DNA from: a virus
Virus record (IMG/VR): IMGVR_UViG_3300009104_001476
Reading direction: 5' to 3' (one strand)
DNA length: 64,000 nt
The position numbers and the translations under genes were made by a program. Under the pieces are notes generated by a model. The model was not told where the DNA came from. It made no database searches and saw only the letters and a program-made list of their open reading frames with translations. Below are positions 17,280 to 26,403 of this stretch, one piece after another (positions within the stretch are counted from its first letter, which is position 1; every line of letters begins with the position of its first letter).

Positions 17280-18182
17280 ATGCCTATAGAAGCAAAACAA
17301 CAGATTGATGAGGGCTACGACTTCACCGCCAAACAGGTTGAAGTACCCCATCCAATCACCGGAAAAAAATCCGGTTATTACATGAACATCCGTGAAGACA
17401 CGGGCGACATCATGGGGTGGACTACTGACCGTTACGGTCTGGTTAATCACCGTGACATAGTAGGGTTTGCAGACAATGCGTTTGCTGACCGTGGTATCGA
17501 GGTTAATCGTAAAGTTTACGTGACCGAAAACGGTGCGAAGTGCCGTGCGGTTTATGACCTTATCGGTTCGGAATATCAAGCGGAAGTTCCCCAAGTCGGT
17601 GACATTATGGGCTATCGTTTGACTGCTCAAAACTCGCTTGACCGTAGTCTTCGGATGGCTTATTCGTTAGGCTTAAAGCGTCTGGCTTGTTTGAATGGCA
17701 TGACCACAACCGAGTCGGAAGTGGAAATGACAAAGAAACATTCTTTGAATGTTAACTTGAACGAGGTGCTTTCTCCAAAAGCCTTGGATACTGCTCTTGC
17801 CAAGATGAAGCAGAGCCTGACTGTTTACGGTCGGTTGTCGCAGTCGGAAGTTTCTCAAGAGCAAGGAATCATTATCCTTCAGAACCTAGCAAATGCCAAG
17901 GTGTTTTCTGAAAAGGTGCGTGAGTCTATCGCTCAAGTTTGGAACGGCCAACCAGAGGGACTTGGCAGAGGTGGAGATGCCGATAAGAGTCGGAACCTTT
18001 ACAACCTTAACAATGCCGTCACGGAGCATTTGACCTATGAGGTTGCGGATACTCGTTTCGAGTATGCAAATCGTGTGACCTCTCAAGTCTTAAAGAGGTT
18101 CGACAAGGCGACTCGGAACCAAAAAGTTTTGGAGAAACTTTGGACTCCCGCCAAAAATGATCAAATAGTGATTACTGAGTAG
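17280..18182 (+). CDS. DUF932/DUF945-like phage protein
   Basis: REDTGDIMG-x3-DRYGLVNH and NSLDRS...LACLNGM patterns. Confidence 0.7.
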   Translation: MPIEAKQQIDEGYDFTAKQVEVPHPITGKKSGYYMNIREDTGDIMGWTTDRYGLVNHRDIVGFADNAFADRGIEVNRKVYVTENGAKCRAVYDLIGSEYQAEVPQVGDIMGYRLTAQNSLDRSLRMAYSLGLKRLACLNGMTTTESEVEMTKKHSLNVNLNEVLSPKALDTALAKMKQSLTVYGRLSQSEVSQEQGIIILQNLANAKVFSEKVRESIAQVWNGQPEGLGRGGDADKSRNLYNLNNAVTEHLTYEVADTRFEYANRVTSQVLKRFDKATRNQKVLEKLWTPAKNDQIVITE

Positions 18183-18194
18183 GCTACCCAACCG

Positions 18195-18234
18195 ATCCCC
18201 TCGCTGCGTTAATCGTGGCGGGGGGATTTTTTTT
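18195..18234 (+). terminator. intrinsic terminator
   Basis: ATCCCCTCGCTGCG-TTAAT-CGTGGCGGGGGAT followed by a T-run. Confidence 0.75.
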
Positions 18235-18407
18235 GCCCGTTTAAATAATAACTATTAAATAACGATTATTAAATAGACCCGAAAAAATAATAACACCAAA
18301 TAAGCACTTGGCACGGATCTTGCAGCCTGATTTTTAACTAGTGGTCAAGCGAAAAAAAAAGAAAAAAAATGCTTGCATGAGTCTTAACCATCCCTATAAT
18401 TAAGAAC

Positions 18408-18587
18408 ATGAGCAAAACATACGGAACCTATCAAGCAAGAAACGCTGTCAAAGCAGCACAAGTCACCAACCATATCAAAGCACAGAAAAAGATTGGCGTA
18501 ACTCACGAGGAAGCTAAGGCTGAAGCCTATCGGATCTTCAACATCAAGGCAGCATTACCAATCTTAACCCGTCACTTCTTACTTTAG
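18408..18587 (+). CDS. hypothetical protein (near-leaderless)
   Basis: Class B promoter 18373-18400; ATG follows after 7 nt. Confidence 0.6.
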   Translation: MSKTYGTYQARNAVKAAQVTNHIKAQKKIGVTHEEAKAEAYRIFNIKAALPILTRHFLL

Positions 18588-18626
18588 GGGTTGACACGAG
18601 GCTAACTTTCGCTATAATTAAGGAAG

Positions 18627-18818
18627 ATGAAAATTAAAGGAATCAGAAACGGTTCGTTATATTATAACGAAGGAACCCAACGAGTAGAACGTGTTCGTAG
18701 TAAAGCGAATAGTCAATCAGTTTTCACCACTGTCCATAACAAAGCGTTGGCTGTGGTTCCGGCTAAATCTTTGAATTTGGCTAGTGGAGAACAGATTGCA
18801 AGCTACTTGCAATCATAA
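18627..18818 (+). CDS. hypothetical protein
   Basis: Class B promoter 18591-18618. Confidence 0.6.
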   Translation: MKIKGIRNGSLYYNEGTQRVERVRSKANSQSVFTTVHNKALAVVPAKSLNLASGEQIASYLQS

Positions 18819-18901
18819 ACATAACCCTCTCGCCCTTTCTTTACTTTTGGGTGAGAGGGTTTTTACTTGTTAAGAATATAACTATCATTATAATTGGAAC
18901 T

Positions 18902-19474
18902 ATGAAAGAAACACTTAAAGATTTAGGGAATACCGCTTTGGATATTCTGTTAACCCTTATTTTAACTTTGCTTGCCTTGCATATGCTTTTGTTTGCTGCT
19001 GTGTCAGTAGCATCAGCGCAAGAGCTAACGCCCGACCAAACAGTTGTCGCAAAGACTATTCTTGGCGAAGCGCGTGGAGAAGGTAAGGCGGGTATGTATG
19101 CCGTTGCTTGTGTCATAGCGCAACGAGCAATTCTGCGGAACAAAACTCCAAAAGAAGTTTGCAAACAGCCTTCGCAATTTTCTTTTTGGGTTAAAGATAA
19201 AAAAACTACCCTTGACGACAGGAATAGAGCAACGGTTGAGCGGCTTATGAAGCACGATATCGAATCAGTGCGTTACGCTAAAGCTTTGGCTATTCATGTA
19301 ATGAAAGTAGATCGTTCTTATACTGACCACGCAGACCACTATTGCGCGACAAGAGTTAGTCCTTACTGGGTAAGAGGGAGGACACCTGTAAGAATCATAG
19401 GCAATCATAAATTCTTTAGAATTAACTCCAGAGTTTTTGGAATAACAAAATCTTCTGTCTTGACTCAACCTTAA
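18902..19474 (+). CDS. cell wall hydrolase, SleB/Hydrolase_2 family, with N-terminal signal or anchor
   Basis: AKTILGEARGE (catalytic Glu), AVACVIAQR, VCKQPSQFSFW, PYW and IGNHKFF motifs. Confidence 0.85.
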   Translation: MKETLKDLGNTALDILLTLILTLLALHMLLFAAVSVASAQELTPDQTVVAKTILGEARGEGKAGMYAVACVIAQRAILRNKTPKEVCKQPSQFSFWVKDKKTTLDDRNRATVERLMKHDIESVRYAKALAIHVMKVDRSYTDHADHYCATRVSPYWVRGRTPVRIIGNHKFFRINSRVFGITKSSVLTQP

Positions 19475-19496
19475 CCATCATTATAATTAAGAAACA

Positions 19497-19826
19497 ATGA
19501 AGGCAATCATAGAAATCGAATTAGGCAACTCATCATTTGGCAACAACGATGCTGAAAGACTATTTGAGATGCGAAACGTCATTGAAAGACTAATGGACAA
19601 CGCTGACCGTATTATGGCAGCAGACGTTGGAGACTTCACAACCGCGCAAGACGCTAACGGTAACACGGTCGCTAGAATGGACATCGTAGAAGGTGGCAGG
19701 ACACCAAAGATGTACGGTCTGGAAAATCAAGCACCTGATCAGCAACTGAACGTAGACCCCGCAGACAAGTATCAAGAGATGCGGAATGAAAACTGGGCAG
19801 ACTCAAACGTCAGCGACCCATACTAA
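19497..19826 (+). CDS. hypothetical protein
   Basis: Class B promoter 19460-19487. Confidence 0.6.
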   Translation: MKAIIEIELGNSSFGNNDAERLFEMRNVIERLMDNADRIMAADVGDFTTAQDANGNTVARMDIVEGGRTPKMYGLENQAPDQQLNVDPADKYQEMRNENWADSNVSDPY

Positions 19827-19830
19827 AATT

Positions 19831-20043
19831 ATGAGCGACTATTGGACCGGACTTGTTAACTATAAACCAAAAAAGAAAATGACTGATAAAGAATCAAAGC
19901 AATTAGATATCTGTCTTGCGTTGTTGGCAATGGCATCCGCAAAGGGAGCGCACCCCACGGATATGCTTAACGCATTCACCTTTGATATGAATCTAATAAG
20001 GAACGGGGAAGATCCTACTGAAACTCAAAAACTAATTGAGTAA
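19831..20043 (+). CDS. hypothetical protein
   Basis: ATTATG start. Confidence 0.55.
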   Translation: MSDYWTGLVNYKPKKKMTDKESKQLDICLALLAMASAKGAHPTDMLNAFTFDMNLIRNGEDPTETQKLIE

Positions 20044-20123
20044 TTTCTGATATAAAAACTTGCACTTTATGTAAATCGGGCCGCACGATTCGTGCCAAGT
20101 GCAAGTAAAGTTTTCGAAAAAAG

Positions 20124-20166
20124 TTATTCACAATGCCTTGACAGGAGGGCGTTTCTGTGTTATATT
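20124..20166 (+). promoter_or_regulatory. DnaA-type box plus class A sigma70 promoter
   Basis: TTATTCACA 20124-20132; TTGACA 20138, 17 nt, TATATT 20161. Confidence 0.75.
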
Positions 20167-20173
20167 TATTTCA

Positions 20174-20320
20174 ATGAAAGTGAGAAGGAAAAGAAAACGC
20201 AGAGCAAGAGCGAGAGTGAACCGCGAAGGCTTTATGAATAGCGCAACCCGTGAACATCGCGTGAAGAAGGGTAAAGGCTCTTTTAGGCGTAGAAAAAAAC
20301 ATCAAAAAAAATTCGATTAG
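20174..20320 (+). CDS. ArfA-like (alternative ribosome-rescue factor A) small basic protein
   Basis: HRVKKGKGSFRRRKKH matches the ArfA signature KKGKGS(Y/F)xRxxKH. Confidence 0.6.
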   Translation: MKVRRKRKRRARARVNREGFMNSATREHRVKKGKGSFRRRKKHQKKFD

Positions 20321-20375
20321 GGCTTGCATTGTCCTGCTCGACCTGTCATAATCCTATCCAGAAAGTAAATCAATT

Positions 20376-20816
20376 ATGTATAACAACCACACAAACACAA
20401 AACTAGAGTATCAAGACTTCAGCACTAAAATCATCGTTGCCATCACTGGCGCACCTGAAGATGTGGAAGCTGATTTCTGGGGATTCTTCAACACCAACGC
20501 CACCGATGCGGGATTGCATCATTTTGGCGAGGCGCGTATTCATTGGCTAACACCTACCACCGCGCAATTTTACACAACCCGTGAGCGTTTGCTTGCTGGT
20601 ATGGAATTGCGAGCTTTGAACAAACTTCTAAACGAGTCTGCCGATGGTTACAAAGGCACAAAAGGCGGTGCGTTGGCAGATGCTAAACAAATGGCGCAAG
20701 AGTGGTTTGACTCGATGGAACGTGTCACGGACATCATCAAAAAGAATGTGCGAGAGACTACTTACGGCATGGGAACCATCTCGGCCGAAAAGCCTGACAG
20801 CGATTATAGTGCTTGA
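20376..20816 (+). CDS. hypothetical protein
   Basis: Promoter-like TTGCAT-17-CATAAT lies upstream. Confidence 0.6.
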   Translation: MYNNHTNTKLEYQDFSTKIIVAITGAPEDVEADFWGFFNTNATDAGLHHFGEARIHWLTPTTAQFYTTRERLLAGMELRALNKLLNESADGYKGTKGGALADAKQMAQEWFDSMERVTDIIKKNVRETTYGMGTISAEKPDSDYSA

Positions 20817-20848
20817 ATCAATCTTAACTATCTGTATAATTAACAAAG

Positions 20849-21592
20849 ATGAACGACCTATTAAAATTTGGAGATCCGAACTCCAAGCTAAAGAAAATGA
20901 TTCGGAAGCTTGGGCTTAAACTAAAAACCTTCACGCTTCCCGCTGGACACACTTGCCCCGGAGCAAAAGACTGTTTATCAAAAGCAGATCCTGAAACCGG
21001 AAAGATTCAAGACGGGCCAGATACGGAGTGGCGATGCTTTGCCGCTAGTGCAGAGGCAACGTATCCGTCATTGCGTAAAATGGTTTGGCATAACTTCGAC
21101 TTGCTAAAGCAAGCTTTGAAATTAGACCAAGAGGCAGGATTTGAGAACTGCCCACACACTACCGATTTAATCAATCGGAGCTTGCCCAAAAAGTTTGACA
21201 TCATGCGTGTCCACGTTGGCGGGGATTTCTTTTCAAAGCGTTACTTGCAAGCGTGGGTTGACGTTGCAAGGCAAAACCCTGACAAGGTTTTTTATGCCTA
21301 CTCGAAAAGTCTTAATTTCTTTTTGGAATGGGCGTTGCCTTCTAACCTTGTCTTGACTGCCTCGCGTGGTGGCAAGCATGATGAATTGATTGACGTTGCC
21401 GGTTGGAAAGAAGCTGTTGTTGTTTACAGTGAGCAAGAAGCAATCGACAAAGGTTTAGAAATCGACCACGACGACACACACGCAGCGTTTGGAAAAGAAA
21501 ACTTTGCGTTGTTAATTCACGGGACACAGCCAGCAGGGAGTATGGCAAGTAAGGCGTTGCAACTTCTTAAACGGGGAAAGGTTGCCGCGTGA
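20849..21592 (+). CDS. Gp88-like phage protein
   Basis: FTLPAGHTCPGA-x2-C, CFA, RVHVGGDF and FYAYSK motifs. Confidence 0.7.
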   Translation: MNDLLKFGDPNSKLKKMIRKLGLKLKTFTLPAGHTCPGAKDCLSKADPETGKIQDGPDTEWRCFAASAEATYPSLRKMVWHNFDLLKQALKLDQEAGFENCPHTTDLINRSLPKKFDIMRVHVGGDFFSKRYLQAWVDVARQNPDKVFYAYSKSLNFFLEWALPSNLVLTASRGGKHDELIDVAGWKEAVVVYSEQEAIDKGLEIDHDDTHAAFGKENFALLIHGTQPAGSMASKALQLLKRGKVAA

Positions 21593-21890
21593 GCTTAGAA
21601 GTAATATTTATAATTGCCTTTTTAATATTTCTTTTCCAGCTACAAAAATGAAAATCCGAATAACAAACAAAGGCCCGCCCTAAAATTTTTCTTAAAAAAA
21701 GCTTGACCACTCGCCAAAAATCGGGCAGCACGATTCGTGCCAAGTGCTCAAAGCTAGGTGGGACATTGGCTGTCCACCCACTTAAATTATTTTTCAGACC
21801 GCTATTTGAGCCCACAAAAACAGGGTTATTCTGCACCATTTTTTTTTGCGTATCACTTGCATTATTCGTAAAAGTGGAGTATATTAAGGT

Positions 21891-22169
21891 ATGTTAAACA
21901 AAGAACTAACAGTAGAACAAGAAGCTCAACTCCTACTCAACCAAGAGATTGAGGTAACAAGCTCACGCATCATGCAGCTTTGGGGTAAGCGTGGAATCGT
22001 TGAGGCTGTCATGGCAGATGGTCGTACGTTAGACATTAAGCTAGCTGATGGCAAGAGCGTTTTCCTAGATGTCACCTTTGTGGGTGAAGTGCGGGAAGGC
22101 ATAGCGTTTGCCAAGCAAGAACAGTCTCTTGGCCCAATCGCTAACAGCGTAGTGAAAAGCACTCTTTAG
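21891..22169 (+). CDS. hypothetical protein (leaderless)
   Basis: TTGCAT 21857, 17 nt, TATATT 21880; ATG follows after 5 nt. Confidence 0.6.
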   Translation: MLNKELTVEQEAQLLLNQEIEVTSSRIMQLWGKRGIVEAVMADGRTLDIKLADGKSVFLDVTFVGEVREGIAFAKQEQSLGPIANSVVKSTL

Positions 22170-22206
22170 GCTTTACAGGCATTTAACTATCCCTATAATT
22201 ATAACA

Positions 22207-22467
22207 ATGATGAACGAACTAGACCAATTCAAAGAAGATACCGCGATGCGCCTGTTTGGGCGTAGTCGTCGCCTTGCCATCGCTGGCAACCAATGCGTTA
22301 AGTGTGGCGCACACGATCTTGAGTTCCGTGACGAACTCAGCAGCAAGGAGCATGGCATCTCCGGTTTCTGCCAGTCCTGTCAGGACGACATCTTTGGCCC
22401 CAGCGATGAGGAGAAAGAGGAGGTTCTTGGAATCACTCACCAAATGTTTGGAGGTGAAGAATGTTAG
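22207..22467 (+). CDS. small zinc-finger protein
   Basis: CVKC...CQSCQD; class B promoter 22172-22199. Confidence 0.65.
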   Translation: MMNELDQFKEDTAMRLFGRSRRLAIAGNQCVKCGAHDLEFRDELSSKEHGISGFCQSCQDDIFGPSDEEKEEVLGITHQMFGGEEC

Positions 22468-23018
22468 ACATCACTGACAAAAAAGCTGTAAGAAAAACTT
22501 TCCGCCGTGATGTTTACCGCAATCTTCATTTCAGAGATGAGGTTGTCTATTCTGTGCGTAAAGATGGTCTGGTTGAGGGTCACGCCCTTTGTTATGTAAT
22601 GGATGGCGTTACCTTTCACGTTGGGCCTAAAGGCAACCAGCGTGTGCGTGATGAGGAGCGTAAAAACGTTCACGCTGTTATTCGCGGGCACGTTATCAAT
22701 GCCGTTTGGTATGATGAGGATGAGATGGAATGGGCCAAGAGTGCTGCCCAACAATTGGCTGAGATAGAAATGTGTGGTGTGCCTGTGAGTCGTAACACGA
22801 ATGTAAGTGACTTGGATGATCCGCGCGCGTGGGAGCCTATGTATAAATGGGTAGAGGTTAAGTATAACCCTTATAAGTTCAAGAGCTTTGTCAGCCCTGT
22901 TTATTTGCCATTTGGTTCCGAGGAGCCAGAATTCAGACCCATCTTTGAGGCTCGTAAGGTTGTTATTTACAGCGAGGACAACAAGAGCAAAGTCATGGCA
23001 ATGGTTCCAATTATTTAA
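22461..23018 (+). CDS. phage hypothetical protein
   Basis: VYRNLH...RKNVHA...YNPYK pattern, recalled from many phage unknowns. Confidence 0.65.
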   Translation: MLDITDKKAVRKTFRRDVYRNLHFRDEVVYSVRKDGLVEGHALCYVMDGVTFHVGPKGNQRVRDEERKNVHAVIRGHVINAVWYDEDEMEWAKSAAQQLAEIEMCGVPVSRNTNVSDLDDPRAWEPMYKWVEVKYNPYKFKSFVSPVYLPFGSEEPEFRPIFEARKVVIYSEDNKSKVMAMVPII

Positions 23019-23059
23019 CTTGCCCTTCTTAACTAATTCAACGAAACCTTATTCTGTAT

Positions 23060-23308
23060 ATGAAAAATTCAAAGAAAACTGATAAAATCCTGAACGAACT
23101 CCGTCGTCAGGGATGCACGATTAAAGAGAAGAAAAACAATGTGATGATTATTCCTCCTGATTCGAATGTGGAAGCTTACACTGTCCATAGAAGTGACAGA
23201 CACGTTGGAGCATTGATTGACCATTGCTTGAAAAGATATAGCCACCTTTTGAATTTCAAGAAGCTGGCAAAGTATCACAAGAGATTTCAAAACGGAGCGA
23301 AGGACTAA
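23060..23308 (+). CDS. hypothetical protein, possibly HicA-like fold
   Basis: ILNELRRQGCTI...YTVH spacing loosely resembles HicA; a terminator follows. Confidence 0.45.
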   Translation: MKNSKKTDKILNELRRQGCTIKEKKNNVMIIPPDSNVEAYTVHRSDRHVGALIDHCLKRYSHLLNFKKLAKYHKRFQNGAKD

Positions 23309-23388
23309 ACACGAGCGGCGCGAGCCGCTTTTTATTTTTTACTTGCACTTGGCACGAATCCGGCAGCACGATTCATGCCAAGTGCTAT

Positions 23389-23453
23389 TGTGAATAACTT
23401 TCTGAAAAAAATGCCTTCCAGCCCTTGACAAACGGTCGTTTGTGTGTTATATT
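23389..23453 (+). promoter_or_regulatory. DnaA-type box plus class A promoter
   Basis: TGTGAATAA 23389-23397; TTGACA 23425; TG-TATATT 23448. Confidence 0.75.
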
Positions 23454-23461
23454 TATACAAG

Positions 23462-23902
23462 ATGAACGAAGAAAGACTAAAACCACTTTTTGATTTAGAC
23501 GGAACCCTAATCCGTGAGGATCGTGACAGCGATCGCCTTTTTGATTTCTTTCGCCCTCACGCTATCCTCGCACTAACAGAAGATGATTTAACTCCTCTCG
23601 GCGTACTCGTTAGAGACTCTGGAAAAGAATTTGATATCCTTACAGCGAGAGGCCATAAAAACGCAGAATTTGTTCGCATCGCTCTTACTGCTCTCGGATT
23701 CAATGTAAACAAGATCGTCACCGTTGGAGTAGACATTAACTCTCCAGAAGACATGGATAACGTCAGCAGCAAAAGAGTAGCGGAAAGGAAAATCAGAATC
23801 GCCAAATTTGTTCAAAGAAAATTAGTTGACAATGACGAACGGAATCTGGTAGGATTGGGCGAGTTAGGAGAATTAGTAAGCCAAGATCAAAAGGAATTTT
23901 AA
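23462..23902 (+). CDS. HAD-superfamily phosphatase-like protein
   Basis: Motif I FDLDGTL, motif II LTARG, motif IV LVDND. Confidence 0.75.
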   Translation: MNEERLKPLFDLDGTLIREDRDSDRLFDFFRPHAILALTEDDLTPLGVLVRDSGKEFDILTARGHKNAEFVRIALTALGFNVNKIVTVGVDINSPEDMDNVSSKRVAERKIRIAKFVQRKLVDNDERNLVGLGELGELVSQDQKEF

Positions 23903-23904
23903 TT

Positions 23905-24138
23905 ATGATAAAGAACGGAAAAGAACAAAACGTAGTACCCACCACACGCAAACAAAACCTTGCTGCTGCCAAGGCTTGTGACGACCACTATGAGGCTTGC
24001 AGCTTGTTTCGGGCGTTGCAGTACGCCAACAACATGGGAACAGGTGAGGATGACTTTGACGAATTGGCAGAGCATTTCATCAACAAGCAAGGGCTTACGG
24101 ACTACTGCGAAAACGGATTTAAGAAAGTTAATCGGTAG
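23905..24138 (+). CDS. hypothetical protein
   Basis: Packed ORF. Confidence 0.55.
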   Translation: MIKNGKEQNVVPTTRKQNLAAAKACDDHYEACSLFRALQYANNMGTGEDDFDELAEHFINKQGLTDYCENGFKKVNR

Positions 24139-24170
24139 GACTACGGATGTCCTACCCCCTGTGGTATACT
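24134..24170 (+). promoter_or_regulatory. class C promoter: palindrome GGTAGGAC-N7-GTCCTACC upstream of TATACT
   Basis: Perfect 8 bp inverted repeat. Copies at 26185-26207 (minus), 26424-26446 (minus) and 26778-26800, with a degenerate one at 21757-21779. Confidence 0.8.
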
Positions 24171-24176
24171 ATACGT

Positions 24177-24347
24177 ATGAAAATGATTATGAAAGACATA
24201 GAACTAAACGAAAACGGAAACGCCGTGGTAGACGGCACAGAGTATGAAGTGCGTGGATTTGACCACGAAGGACAAGAGGCGATCGTGATTCACGAATTGG
24301 ATTTGATTTCTTACGACGAAGGCGATAACTGGGAGGAAATGGAATAG
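24177..24347 (+). CDS. hypothetical protein (leaderless)
   Basis: ATG 6 nt after TATACT; the N-terminus resembles that of 25922-26164. Confidence 0.6.
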   Translation: MKMIMKDIELNENGNAVVDGTEYEVRGFDHEGQEAIVIHELDLISYDEGDNWEEME

Positions 24348-24350
24348 ATT

Positions 24351-24614
24351 ATGACATTTAACGATTTGAAATTTAGCGACATATCTGAAACGCATGGAGA
24401 AGATGCAATTCAGGCGTATGTGGAATTGCCGAATGGTTATGATGTTTCCGTGGTGAAGCATCGGTTTTCATACGGTGGCGAAAAAGGTATGTATGAGATT
24501 GGTTGCTTCTTTAACAATCACATGGTTGATCCTGCTGACTGGGGTGATACCGTCAAGGGTTGGTTGAATGAAAGTGATGTAGAAGATTGGATAAATGTGA
24601 TTAAAAAATTATGA
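24351..24614 (+). CDS. phage hypothetical protein
   Basis: NGYDVSVV-x4-SYGGEKGMYEIG pattern. Confidence 0.65.
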   Translation: MTFNDLKFSDISETHGEDAIQAYVELPNGYDVSVVKHRFSYGGEKGMYEIGCFFNNHMVDPADWGDTVKGWLNESDVEDWINVIKKL

Positions 24615-24981
24615 GAGAATTAGATTCCATTATGTTTATTGTTTTCTTTTTAATGCTTTGCGCTATTGGCGTTTTTGTTATAGGCGTAGCGCATGACGCT
24701 TACATTGTTTGGTATATAAACAATTAAAATGAATATTTCAACAAACAAAAAAACAGGCACGACTACAATCGTAATTTCTTCTAAATTAAAAGAGAAATTT
24801 TATAGTATTCTTATAGCTTTTGCTTTGGGGTTAATTATCGGTTGGATATTTTAGGCTTGCACTTGGCACGAATCCGGCTGCCCGATTTATGCCAAGTGGT
24901 CAAGAACTTCTTAACAGGGAGAGAATAACTTTCTTTATTTAAAGGGTTGACAAATGGGCGTTTGCGTGTTATATTTATACC

Positions 24982-25293
24982 ATGAAGATGATACTGAAAG
25001 CTGCCCGCAACGCAAGCCGCCGCACTCGTAACCGTGTCCGTGAGCACGGGCCCGTGTTCGAGGACGTTACCCGTCAACATACTGGGCGTAACTTGGGCAG
25101 GGGAGTGGTGGATGGTATGGACTGTGTATTGGTGCGTGCTGGTAGCTGGTTTGGCTGGCTACCCATAGATGAGATTGAGCGCACCACTGAGGGTGGGGTT
25201 AAGTTCTGCTGGCCATTAGATGAGGATGGTGACTTAGGTAGCGCAGGGTGGCTATGCTTAAACCATCAGGCATGGCTTAAAGAGCGTGAATAA
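24982..25293 (+). CDS. hypothetical protein (leaderless)
   Basis: TTGACA 24947, 17 nt, TATATT 24970. Confidence 0.6.
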   Translation: MKMILKAARNASRRTRNRVREHGPVFEDVTRQHTGRNLGRGVVDGMDCVLVRAGSWFGWLPIDEIERTTEGGVKFCWPLDEDGDLGSAGWLCLNHQAWLKERE

Positions 25294-25336
25294 CTTACCC
25301 CTTGACAAGCACCCCTATGTGTGTTATATTCTTACC

Positions 25337-25579
25337 ATGATGAATGACATGAGCAACACCACCAACCACGACGCGCGTATCTCCTGCGAGGAGGCCTTCA
25401 CTGAGGACATGGGCCCTGCCCATTGGGCTAATGAACCTGAGCAGCCCACCCACAAGGAGGTAGCTGGTGTGTGTGAGGATGCCCCTTGCTGTGGGTGCTG
25501 TGGTGACAGCATGGACGATGGCTATGGCACGTATGCTGATGATGCGTGGCATGATGCCAACGAGTACCCTGACTGGTAG
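25337..25579 (+). CDS. acidic Cys-containing hypothetical protein (CEDAPCCGCC)
   Basis: TTGACA 25302, 17 nt, TATATT 25325. Confidence 0.6.
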   Translation: MMNDMSNTTNHDARISCEEAFTEDMGPAHWANEPEQPTHKEVAGVCEDAPCCGCCGDSMDDGYGTYADDAWHDANEYPDW

Positions 25580-25638
25580 GGTAGCACTTGGCACGAATCG
25601 TGCAGCCAGATCGGGGCCAAGTGGTCAAGAACTTTCTT

Positions 25639-25914
25639 TTATTCTTTCTCGTCTTCCCAGTAGTAGCCTTCCGGTGGCATGATCTCGTTAAGGGTTGTAC
25701 CTGTTGCCTTGCTCACTATGTATGGCTTAAGCTCTGCCATGTCTACCATACCCCATTCTTTAGCGAAGCCCATTACATAGCCGAAGCTCAAGCCGTAGCT
25801 GTCTTCTTCTTCTAGGTAATACTCCCAACCATTACGCAGGATGATGTGTTGAGCCACAGCGAAAGGCTCTTTCGTGTCTTCATTGTTCGAGTTGATGATA
25901 TTTCTTGTTTTCAT
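25639..25914 (-). CDS. hypothetical protein (DUF2958-like motif)
   Basis: GWEYY...FGYVMGFAKEWGMVDMAEL. Confidence 0.55.
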   Translation of the reverse strand: MKTRNIINSNNEDTKEPFAVAQHIILRNGWEYYLEEEDSYGLSFGYVMGFAKEWGMVDMAELKPYIVSKATGTTLNEIMPPEGYYWEDEKE

Positions 25915-25921
25915 AATTCAA

Positions 25922-26164
25922 TTACCTTTCAACACCAAGCTCTTTGTGGAGCTTGTTAATCTTATTAGTAGTGTGATTCCAAATCACTTTCATATCATTG
26001 GTGCGGTAAATCGCAGCACTACCAACACCGCCAAAGTGTTTACCATGAATTCTGACTTCAACGTCATTAACTTCAATTTGTGTCACAACGTCAAAGCGCG
26101 TGATGTTCTCAGCAATAAATTCTTGCTCTTCTTTATTTAGTTCTATGTTTTTCATATTCTTCAT
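25922..26164 (-). CDS. hypothetical protein (leaderless)
   Basis: Class C promoter on the minus strand. Confidence 0.6.
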   Translation of the reverse strand: MKNMKNIELNKEEQEFIAENITRFDVVTQIEVNDVEVRIHGKHFGGVGSAAIYRTNDMKVIWNHTTNKINKLHKELGVER

Positions 26165-26202
26165 GCGTCTAGTATACCATACAGGGTGGGACATCCGTAG
26201 TC

Positions 26203-26403
26203 CTACCAGTTAATTTCTTTCACTCGAATGCTGCCGAGTCGGGCAACATCAGGAAACATCTTTGCGGCTACTCTGTGAGCGTGTGCCATATCAAATGCTT
26301 GAATAGTTTCTGTTTGCTCGCAAGCGGGACGGCTAGGGTCAACTTGCGTTACTAGGGTTAGTTGGAATAGTTTGTCTTTTATCATGTCTGTTTCAATCAT
26401 CAT
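26203..26403 (-). CDS. hypothetical protein (leaderless)
   Basis: Class C promoter on the minus strand at 26424-26446. Confidence 0.55.
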   Translation of the reverse strand: MMIETDMIKDKLFQLTLVTQVDPSRPACEQTETIQAFDMAHAHRVAAKMFPDVARLGSIRVKEINW

